From the NCBI GenBank assembly GCA_964016885.1, contig OZ024742.1, forward strand, positions 61,380,001 to 61,444,000: 64,000 nt of DNA, written 5' to 3'. The stretch is from Eledone cirrhosa (Eukaryota). A model generated the notes under the pieces. That model was given only the letters and a program-made list of their open reading frames with translations. It made no database searches and was not told the DNA's origin. Positions 53,224 through 64,000 of this stretch are shown piece by piece. A program made the translations under genes and the position numbers. The number at the start of each line of letters is the position of its first letter. The stretch's first letter is position 1.

Positions 53224-54996
53224 AAAGAATAGAGGTGTAACACACGAGTTGTGATATATTAGTAAAAGGAAAAGAAAATGCTGACAAATTGTTCCCAGTG
53301 AAAGGCTGAACACTACAATCAACAGAAAATTATGAGAAACCTAAAAACTCTGATCTACCAATACAAAGAAGGACTCACTAACAAGGAATTCAGCTTCATC
53401 ACAGACTTCACAAGTAAATCCACCCTTTTCTACGGTATCCCTGAAGTACATAAAAGCGAATTTATAAGTAAGACGTGCAAGGAAGCCACAGACATAATCA
53501 TCAATGTCCTCTCACCCAAAGATCTCAAATTAAAACCTATAATAGCAGGCCCCGCTTGCGAAACCCACCGCCTTAGCAACTTCATTGTTACCCTTCTCAA
53601 GCCTTTTCTCAAACACATCAAAAGCTATATAAGGGACGACCTAGATATGCTCAATCACCTCCCTAATATGCCCCTTTCTGAACAAACCCTACTAGTGACG
53701 TGCGATGTAGTCAACCTTTACTCCAACATCTCCCACAACCTAGGAATAGAAGCTATCCAATTCTGGCTGGATAATTTCCACAATGAACTCCCACAACGCA
53801 TCAAAAAAGAATTCGTAATAGGGGGACTCAAATTTATCTTGGAGAACAATTAGTTCGTTTTCAATAACAAATCCTACAGGCAGAAATCTGGGACCGCTAT
53901 GGGAACGAAAACAGCCCCCACTTATGCCAACCTAGTCATGGGGTACCTGTAAATCACCCTCTACACTAAAGTACTAAACAAATTTGGAAACACCCTCCAC
54001 TTACACATAGAAAAGAACTGGAAGCGATATCTAGATGACTGCTTCATCCTTTGGCACGAAAACATCGAGAAACTTAAAGAATTTCACACCCTTATAAATG
54101 GGCTCAACACGAATATTAGCTTTACGATGGAATACAGCCATCAACAACTCCCCTTCCTCGACATCCTCATTAAGATTCTTAACAAAAAAATAGAAACAGA
54201 CATATACTACAAGCCCACAGACTCCAAGCAATATCTTACTTTCAACTAGACACGTTAAAATTAATATTCCCTACAACTTAGCCAAGAGAATCTGTACTAT
54301 AGTCTCCAATAAAAACACCTGTTACTTACGGCTACAAGAACTAAAGGACACACTCATAGGCAGGGACTACCCTGCATCACTAATTGACAATGGAATCCAA
54401 CATGCCCTAAAACTCAGTACCCAGGAACTTAGACACCCTAAAGTATATCAACCGAAACTAAAAGCTCTTCCATACATCTCCACACACAACCCCCTCAACA
54501 ATGAGGCCTTTGACACCATCCTCTAGAACATCCCTGTGTTAAAAAAGGACCATAGAATGAACCAAATCCTTCGAACACACGATATCATAAAGCGCAAAAG
54601 ACAATCTAAGTCAATGAAAAACATCCTAATACATGCCAAAGTACTGCCAACCACAACTACGAAACCCACAGTAAAAAAATGCGATAGACCCAACTGTGGC
54701 ATATGCATCAACCTAATAGAGGGTCGGGAATTCTATTTCAAAGAAGGACAACGTTTTATGGGAATACACAATTTCACATGCGCATCAGAAAATCTAATAT
54801 ATCTATTAATTTGCTCAGGTTGTCGAGAACAATACATAGGCCAGACCAAAAACAGCCTCCGCCAACGCATGACTGTCCATAGATGCCAAATTTAAATACG
54901 GGAATACAGGAAAATACCACTGAGTGAACACATTGATACATGTGCCGCCCAAAATCATCCCAACTTTAGAATCTTTCCCCTCTACAAATTTAAAGA

Positions 54997-55055
54997 TAAT
55001 TGTTTCTACTTTAGGCACAAGGCCAGCAATTACCCAGTGCATTACTGGTACTTTA
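54997..55055 (-). mobile_element. Family-A SINE 3' fragment interrupting the GIY-YIG region
   Basis: AATTGTTTCTACTTTAGGCACAAGGCCAGCAATTACCCAGTGCATTACTGGTACTTTAT. Confidence 0.85.
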
Positions 55056-55695
55056 TGCCACCCACACCCAGCGCATCAGCAAGGAATCTCACTTTATTAA
55101 CAAATGCGGACCCCGTCTAAACACTTCTCCCTAAGACGAACCCACAACATACACACGTCAACATACATACCTACATCAGCATACATCCTACATACATCTC
55201 TATCCACATATAAACACAATGACATACGTAAACACACATGTTCTATGGTGCAACACAAATATACACGAATTTGGATACCTTTTGATGTCTATAGATATAA
55301 ACGTGCCCACACACACACATAGATATACGCACACATGCATTTCACACTGATGGGCACATACATATTTGTACACAAGTATTCCAATACGGCAGAGCCTAAT
55401 GGATTCCCCTTTGCAGTACGTACAATCTGGACACTCACACACACCTTGGTGTTATGACAATACTATATATCATTTCACCCCTTTTATTCTTAATGTTTTT
55501 GATGTTCTTTTGAGAGAATCGTTTTTGCAAATTACTGAAAATATCGAATAATGTACACCATTTTTACCAGTATCACAAAAATACTGGTCCACTCACACAC
55601 ACACATACACACATACACACACACACACATATACACACACACATACACACGCGTACACTAACATACAAACAGACATATACACACACACACACACA

Positions 55696-55763
<68 letters not shown>

Positions 55764-56305
55764 ACACACACACACACACACTTCTCCGTATAAGACAAGA
55801 GCTGAAAAATATCTTTCAACATGTTAAAATATCCCCACACACGTACAGACACATTCCTACTGACCGAATCCCTCTACCACGAATCACTCTGCTACACACA
55901 CACACACACACATATTTGTCTTAATAGATACATGAACTGTTGACCTTTCAACATGACTGCAATTCACACACACAACCCTACTGACCATTATCACAACAAT
56001 GAACCTCTTTACTACACACACACACACACACACATACACACACACACATATTTGTCTTAAAAGACTTATTTTTCAGTGACTTCTCAATCAGTCGAAAAAG
56101 GACACTCTTCGACAAACCTACATTTGGCGCAAAATCAATTTTTAACATTCACGTGACCTCTACCGACCAATCAAAATTGTTTTCACTACAAGAATTTTAG
56201 CAACGCGAATTGGCGCGAAACTTATAGTATTCATTCACGTGACATTCAACAACCAACCTAATCTGAATACCTCTGGAGCCACTTTTTTCACATAAAATGG
56301 TAGAA

Positions 56306-56370
56306 TTTCCAAAACTGATCAGATTAGAGCAAACATCACGGGCGCTCTATCTCAAAATTATTTTTGAAAA
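56306..56370 (+). ncRNA. Degenerate hammerhead ribozyme in PLE tail
   Basis: TTTCCAAAA-CTGATCA-GATTAGAGC..GCTCTATCTC-AAAA-TTAT-TT-TTGAAAA; two core substitutions. Confidence 0.5.
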
Positions 56371-56549
56371 GCATTAGAAATGCGCAACCGGTAAAAACTT
56401 AAAACTAAAACTGAATACTAACCAATACTTAATACTAATTTTTGCTTATTCCTAATTAAACTATTTTTCACTGGGAACAATTTGTCAGCATTTTCTTTTC
56501 TTTTTACTAATAGTGAGTGTGTTCTGTTATTAATTCTGGCAATATTACG

Positions 56550-56609
<60 letters not shown>

Positions 56610-56611
<2 letters not shown>

Positions 56612-56713
56612 ACGATGGAGTTGTGGTAAGGAACCAGATGGATCATAACGCACCAGAGTACTCAATACTTAGGGTAGTAGAGTGGGTAATAGGAGAAAGT
56701 ATGACCCCCATCG
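56610..56713. repeat. Fragment of the 46812 tail family between (TA)n tracts
   Basis: GTGGTAAGGAACCAGATGG...GTACTCAATACTTAGGGTAGTAGAGTGGGTAATAGG. Confidence 0.88.
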
Positions 56714-58199
56714 TATATATATATATGATGGACTCTCCCGTCGATATCCGACGTATGAGTGTCCAACAAATGTTCAGCTCTCTGGACGGCGGTGTCTCAT
56801 GTGACACTTCAATCCCCCCAGTGACCATCGCCTACGGACTGCGCCTGCAAAATTTGTGAGAAAGTGAACTGATGTTGAACTATCCACACAAAGTTCTGTT
56901 TTAAGTGGTGAAGGCTTGTGTAGGGCCAACCACACTTTTTGGAACTGACGACACATATCATCAGTGCAAATGTTTGCCACGGAAAATACAACGATGTTGT
57001 GAGTGTTTAGAGGAGTGACACGTGTATCGAGACTGCCAGACTTGGGTATGACATAAGACGGACTAGTCATTTCCGAGATCTTTGTAGTAACGGTAGAAGA
57101 GAGTGTATAACTGAGTGTATAATTAAATATAACCACCGATTATTTCTGAAATTATAAACTGGCATTTAAAAGAATTCGAGGATGCATTGTATAATTCTAG
57201 ATACACTATATCTATGAGAAAAAACAGACGAGCATGAATTTTATCATATGTCTTTTAGATCAGGACTGGCCCTGATTACGCCAAGCATCCAATTTATTAG
57301 GTGACTAACATTCAATCTCATTTACTCAATGATCATGAGAGAGGCAGGGATCATGACCTATTTTAAGATTTCCAAAGCTGATTAGAAGAAAAGTGGAATG
57401 TATTCTCATATGAGAGTCTTGAATTCAGTACTTGAAACAGAGTGGACTCCGCTAAACAAACCTAATGGCCAGATTGTGGTTACAAACTGGATGCTGGGCT
57501 ATATCGCATATGTTGAAATATATCGATAGTTAAACTGAGTGGAAATATTTCTGGAACAATCATCAGGTAAGTACATTGTCACATAGCTCATTAATTCTCA
57601 GTGTAATCGAAGTGTCCGTCTACAGCATTTGATCAATGAACACTTTTAATTAGATCTATCGATCTCTGTTTTAGTTCTCATTTCATGCCTCATAAATTGT
57701 GATTTTCTCATCGATCTATATATAGTAACAACATTCATATAGTCATTCTGAATTCATAAATATTTATGCTGATGTTTCCACTAAATAATTATAGTAAATG
57801 GCAACAGCATGAGAATGGGTTGTAGTCTAGATATTTCCCCATTGATGCTGTCAGAAAATTATGTTAACCTGTTTGAATATGTTTCACATGTTTCCTGGTA
57901 GTTTGGTGAGATATCTGAGTGTCCCCAACAGCCCAGTTAAACGAAAGTTTTCTCTCTTCATTTACTTTAACTCTGATGTTTAAACAACAAACAAAAAGGT
58001 CCTCCGTCAGTTTCATCGAATAGTGTTCAATATATTTGATTAACAGAAGTATATATGCGTTAAATTAATGTATAAATGACTGATATTCCACAGAATGACG
58101 TGTTTATTCTTAACTTAGTCCTCATGAAGATTCAGTGTGATTTGCTGTGTTACAAAGCTGGTCATTTGAATTATAGATACCACACAGTTTGTATTATAG

Positions 58200-58388
58200 A
58201 TGGATTGGCAGTATGGGTAGAGGTTCAGACGCCATGCATTGCAGCATAGACTTACGGCCCTTTACGGTTTGAGTTCAAATACCGCCGAGGTTAAGTTTTC
58301 CTTTCATCCTTACGGGGTCAATAAAATAAAGTACCAGTAATACACTGGGCTAATTGCTGCCCTTATGCCACAAGTAGAAACAATTATA
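58200..58388 (+). mobile_element. Family-A SINE
   Basis: Full-length match to the family. Confidence 0.88.
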
Positions 58389-58469
58389 GTGTAAGTGGTT
58401 GAATTATCTCCAACCTCGTCAGGTGAATGAATTGTTATGTAGATATATTCCCAACGCTGGTGAAGTATG

Positions 58470-58970
58470 TGACGATGAAGGTCTGGCGAAGCTGGCGGTA
58501 CGGAGGACACTGGTCACGCTGGTGCGGCTAGTAACGCCTAAGATGCTAGCGATGTAGGTGATGCTGGTGGAGCTGGTGGCGTCGGTGACGTGTGTGAGGA
58601 TGGTAACTTCGCGTTGGCGAAACTGATGACGATGTTGAATTTTGTGACGGAACTGAGGCTGCTGATGGTGATAACGCTTGTAGTGCTGACGATAGTGGTG
58701 GCATTGGCAACGGTGGATACTGGCGGTAGCGTTGGTAATAGTGACAACGCTGGTGATACTGGTTATGCTGGAGGTGTTGATAATATTGGTGACGCTTACA
58801 ACGGTGCTAATGTTGATGCTGATGTCGAAGTGACACTTGTCATGCTGACGATCGAGGTGACAATCGGTCGCTTAACGCTACAGGTGACGTTGAAAACGCC
58901 GCTTACATTAGCTGGAGACGCTGGCGACGTAGGAGACCTTGGTATTGCTGGTGACGTTATTGATGTTCAC
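58470..58970. repeat. Degenerate GC-rich GCTGGTGAY (9-bp / GNN triplet) repeat
   Basis: Recurrent GCTGGT/GGTGAC/GATGCT. Confidence 0.7.
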
Positions 58971-59198
58971 TAGATGCACAAATAGAAAATTAGACGTATT
59001 TCCCGTGCCAATATCAATTAATTTTCAAGCGAACATCATTGCGGGCCATTTATGTGATAAATATATCTATGGTAATTACCGATAATTATTGTTGAAAACC
59101 TGTTCTATTCTGAGTAATTTACTTTCGATCAAACTTTAATTCTATTCTGTTACCGTATCACACATCTGCATAGTGAATAGTTATACCCCTTTTTGCGA

Positions 59199-59286
<88 letters not shown>

Positions 59287-60544
59287 ATGTATTTACTTAC
59301 CTCAATACAAAACACACACGTACACACACAAATACATATATAAGTGTGTACATACATGCATATATGCATTCATACATACATACGTGCATAAAAGCACAAC
59401 ACAACAAAATGCACACATATCTGTGGGCATTTATTCTTCAGTTCATTATTTAATTTCAAAGTTTACTTTGTTAATGGCAAATGTCAAATGTTAATTTTAC
59501 CATAGATGCTAATTAAAGCAGTAATTAACAATTAGCGTGACATTTTGAGCAATTGAGGTAGGGAAATCGACAGAATCTGTTTTATCGTAATGATTCCGCC
59601 TTTTAGAGTTACAGTGGTTTAGCGGTGGATAGAGTTTTCAGTTGGATTGTAATGAATAAATTATTTCATTCTGCATCCATGAATATGCCATTTAACTCTC
59701 AACAGAGCAGGCCACCTAGCTGTAAATAGATGCAACAATATAGAACATGCTCTAGCGTAAGCAAGTAGAAGATAAATGAATCTTCGACGCTTTGGACGAT
59801 ATATATATATGCTAGTTGTGTGATCAACGGAAGTTTATACTCAGGAATTTAGCGTGTAAATAGTTGAAAATTCCAGACACGTATAGCCCTAACATAATTC
59901 TCGGGATGATTCAGCATGATACGCCGTGTGATGATGTAATCTCCTTTTTAATTACAGGTACAGCCCTTCTGTCAGGCCTCCAAACATTCTCCTCCATCTA
60001 CTCAATTTGACTGACAGGCATATGTCACCCCGATAGTATGGTAGAAGACATTTGCCCAAGATTCCTGGATTCTCATCATGGTGAAACAAACTTCTTCAAC
60101 ATTCCGCTACGCTTCAATTCACGCTGAAAGCAGAAATATTATAATTATACTGTTTCATTAGATCAAGTGGTCTGAAGTTGGATATTTGCTGGAGTTTCGG
60201 TCTATGATAAAATGGATAAACACAAGCTATCATTTCTATCACATTAAAGGCGACTCGTAAAATGAAAACAAATACCTCGTCAAATTTCCCTTAATATACT
60301 ATAGAAAGGCAATAAACGTTATATAATCTTCGTAATTTAATCAACGTGGCCCTGCACTGTTTCTGTTTCTTTTCTGGCTGTTTAGCACTATTTCAGGCTC
60401 ATTTTATTTTACTATTTAGTCAGGTGGGGGGGGGGGGCAGTTCTTATGACACTTTTCAAGACCGCCTAAATTATTGGAGGGAAGGCAGGAAGGTAACTAT
60501 CCGGAAATCTGACCCGAATGCTTGGAAAATAATTCTTTCGGGGA

Positions 60545-60740
60545 TTGGCACAAGGTCACTAATTTCGGCGAAGGGGACAGAAAATTATATCGACCCTCCA
60601 GTACTTAAGTATTACTTCCTTTTATCGACCTCAAAAGAACGAAAGGCAAAATTAACCTCGGCTGGATTTGAACTCTGAATGTTAAAAGTCATAATTAGAT
60701 GACGCAAGCCATTTTGCCCGATGCTCTTCCGATACTGCTA
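60545..60740 (-). mobile_element. Old family-A SINE
   Basis: GGCACAAGG...AAAGGCAAAATTAACCTCGG..GGATTTGAACTC...CCGATACTGC. Confidence 0.75.
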
Positions 60741-61993
60741 ATCTTTGTGTTTATCAGTAATTAAATCAGCTAAAGGCAGTCAATGGGCAAGGGTTGTGTT
60801 AAATTGATTGAGAGGTTATGTCTACTAACTAAGCAGATTATAACTGGATCTGAACTTGAAACACAAAGAATCAGAAAAAAGAGTGCAAGGGTGCAAGGGA
60901 GATTGTTTTATGCTCTTACGACTCCGTCAATTCAGCGTCTAATGATAAGACCCTGATCAAAGTTGCTCCAGCTGTGACCATTCCATCTTTTTTTTTCTTT
61001 TTTAATGACTTAGTCACCAAAGGAAGGACAGTGAACATGTCTTATTCGGGACTTTCGATAAAATTTTCAGAGAATTATTCTCTGGCCAGTGACTAGCCTG
61101 AATTTATGTAACGGCGTGGACTTCAGGAAATGCATCCAGGGATCAGATATCGGCATTATACCTGGGAACGGATTATGTTTCACACATTTTCTGTCTACTA
61201 ACCTTTATTCACAAGGCTTTAGTCGATACGGGAATACCTTCCGGTTTATTTGAACACGGAATCACATAGTTACGAAACTAATCATCGTCATGCATAATTC
61301 TCAGTCTCTTCATATCATGCGTCTCATTAGGTATTATCTGTAATGAAATTCACCACACTTAGTTTTCGACTAATTAAAATCCGGCTATATCTTTGTCGTT
61401 CTAAATATCAAATTCCTTCATTTACTTTCTAAATAATTCCGTATTCATTAATTTACAGACAAATATATTCTTCATTTGGAATAAATAATTACCGAAGATA
61501 ATTTACAAATAGAGAAATCTATATATAAATAAAAACAAACATTTAATTTATACGAATACAATTTCTATCTCATAAAATCCTATTCACAAAATGCTACTGC
61601 ATTGACTTTTGTCTTGTAAATCTCAACGCTAAGCAAATAGCCAGAAAGATTTTTATGTGCTCCAAGAAATTGTGATGTTTTAAAACGTCTATTCATTATT
61701 TTGCCATCGGGAATAATATGGGAGAAATCAATGGTCTTTTGTCGTATATTGCTGCTAAAATACGGTGCTCAGTTTACCATGAATTTCTGATTCAGAAGGC
61801 TGGACACAAAAACTATAAAACTAGACGGAATGAAAAGAGTGATGATATATGAGAACGAACATAATCTAGATTCGTTCACAATGACTTTTTTACTAATTAT
61901 ATTTAGTAATATTACATATGTACATTTGTATGTGTATACACTCACACACATATATGTATATGTGTAATATATACATCTTTCTCCCCACCCCAG

Positions 61994-62072
<79 letters not shown>

Positions 62073-62163
62073 AGTGAGTAAAATCGAGGTTGCAGCAGCG
62101 ATTAGCATTTTTCGAAATCAATATATATATACATATACTACTATACATCTTTCTCTCTGCCTC

Positions 62164-62195
<32 letters not shown>

Positions 62196-63114
62196 GTGTG
62201 TGTATGTGTGTGTGTGTGGGGGGGGGGGGGGGTGTATGTGTGTGTGTATATACATATATATGCGTGTGTGTGTGCGTGTACATTGGTTGTGTATAAATAT
62301 CATCTTTATATGTATATATATATAAATACATATATATTTATGTAGTAGTGATCACGTCTTCTTATTTTAAATGAAGTATTTCCATTACAATACAGAGAAG
62401 ATACCACCTTTACATGTTTATATCTCTTAAAAGTATGAAGAAAAGGAGGAAGGCGAAGGACAGTATGCGTAAGTGCTAATTAAATAATAACTCGAAAATG
62501 CGTTGGCGTCCATTGACGAAAACAGTTTCCGGTTAAGAAACGAATACGCAGTGAAGAAACAGTATATTACTGATTCAGTAAAATGCCTTGTTCAGCTTTT
62601 TATTCGGTTTATGGTATTTAGTAAGCCAGATTTAATTCTCGGAATAATTAAGACTGATTTAGTAGATTATCAATATTTGAAGTTTCAGCAACATTCTTGT
62701 GATTTAAGAATGAAGAAGACATTGAATTTACAAAAGGAAATAATCGATATTTTGTTGATAGAACTAATGACATAAATGTTTCATTTACTACATTGTCTTA
62801 TTGATCTTACTGACAATAAACGGTCAAAGTGTAATTTAAAATCTTGTTTAACAACACTCAAAACGTATATAGGTTTTAAATTATTAATTATGTAAAATAC
62901 AGTTTATGTGGACTGGCAGAATCGGGAGAGCAACGGACAATATATCTTGTTCAATACGAAGACGGTAAAATAGAAAAGAGTATCGTTAGGAAGTCGGCTG
63001 TCTGTAAGTTCAAATAGCCAGCGAATAAGGAGAAAGTTGGTCCTCACTCTGTATAAATATGTGTATGCATGTAAACATATGTCTGTATATAAATATATAT
63101 ATATATATATATTA

Positions 63115-63615
63115 TGTCAGGTCACCACTTGGTGGTACTGGTAACATGTATCCCAGTACAACCTGTCTCATGGTCGGGTCGTTGGTGACTAAACTGGCAA
63201 CCCCACCAAGGTTTCTTGGTGAGGGGGGTGACTTTGGACATTCTGCAGGACTAAAAACAAAACCTATCAAAGGGCAAAGGAGCTCTTAAGAGTCAATGGC
63301 CATCCAAAATCACCGGGAGAGATGACTCCTTAGCCTTTGTCAAGGCAGAATTCTAGGAGAAGGAAAACTCTGATATAACACCTGCAACCCAGATGGTATC
63401 CAATGATGTTGACTTGTTCTTCTTTTTAGTAAATATCATCTTGGTTAAGAGAGTGAGACTGGCTTTGTGCAGTGCCTTTGCTCACTATAAAAGCTTCATG
63501 GCACAGGCATTGCTTTATATCTGGAGATCGCTCTGCACTTGTCGTCACATGGTACCATGGACCCAGCACTATGTGTCAATAATTGTCACAAGTGTAGTGT
63601 TTGTACCAGAGTTTT
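63115..63615 (+). mobile_element. GC-richer element resembling an RTE-LINE 5'UTR (possible non-autonomous derivative)
   Basis: Contains CTAGGAGAAGGAAAACTCTGATATAAC, similar to a motif recalled from RTE 5'UTRs; no ORF; lies between (TA)n tracts. Confidence 0.45.
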
Positions 63616-63721
63616 CAAGTCGCTGGCTGGACTAAAAAGTCACACTCGTTCAGCGCATCGGTAGGGGTTCTCCTACATGGATATAAAGTAGTGGCCGTAC
63701 TCGAAAACGAGTTGGCAGCCA

Positions 63722-63771
<50 letters not shown>

Positions 63772-63773
<2 letters not shown>

Positions 63774-64000
63774 TAAAAAATATAAGAAAACCAATAACCA
63801 AGCACTACTTAACATCAACAAACAAGCACACCATATTGTCAAAAGTCTAGAACTTGAAGATAGAACTGAGCCCATGACAACTTGCACGCCCACCTTTAAT
63901 CTTAAGGACCACAAATTAGATTTCCTAGATGAACCCACAATTATATTAATATGCCCTTCTAAGTCAGACATAGGTAAAATTAGCAAGCATATTTTAGATA
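63772..64000 (+). pseudogene. PLE reverse transcriptase N-terminal segment, running off the window
   Basis: Open frame TKKYKKT..LELEDRTEPM..FNLKDHKLDFLDEPTIILICPSKSDIGKISKHILD (the TLKDHKxxF...PxKSxIGKISKxILD pattern). Confidence 0.85.

Larger units (their letters stand above)
53255..56520 (+). mobile_element. 5'-truncated Penelope-like element (Cys-rich linker type) with inverted tail at its 5' end
   Basis: [84 protein letters not shown]; 53256-53303 is the reverse complement of 56465-56512. Confidence 0.93.

Noticed and set aside
58395-58427. Hammerhead-like CTGACGA-GGTTG..CAACC on the minus strand
   Set aside because: No GAAA, cleavage triplet or stem I partner follows stem II.
62503-62775. 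90-aa ORF
   Set aside because: Non-ATG start, no recognisable motif and no splice support.

Overview
AT-rich eukaryotic non-coding DNA (intergenic or intronic) with no supportable host gene. The dense (TA)n/(CA)n/(CT)n microsatellites and the tRNA-derived SINE families look like those of a cephalopod (octopus-type) genome; this is an inference. The window is almost entirely decayed mobile DNA. It holds 7 Penelope-like element (PLE; RT + GIY-YIG) relics, a 5'-deleted Helitron (HUH Rep + Pif1 helicase) carrying an antisense 23-aa-repeat (STPR-like) ORF, a near full-length RTE LINE, fragments of L1/Tx1-, CR1-, CRE- and RTE-type LINEs, about 20 SINE copies, MITE-like elements and minisatellites. 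The main result comes from reading the non-coding DNA by hand: about 11 well-formed and about 7 degenerate type I hammerhead ribozyme (HHR) motifs from many unrelated families. These include a 700-bp retrozyme-like unit with 143-bp direct repeats, a palindrome with an HHR on each strand, a family with a conserved non-canonical CAGAAGA core, and an octamer-rich HHR-bearing family. Several large fold-back (inverted) duplications sit at (TA)n tracts next to PLE-type tails. All folds and alignments were done by eye, so element boundaries are approximate.
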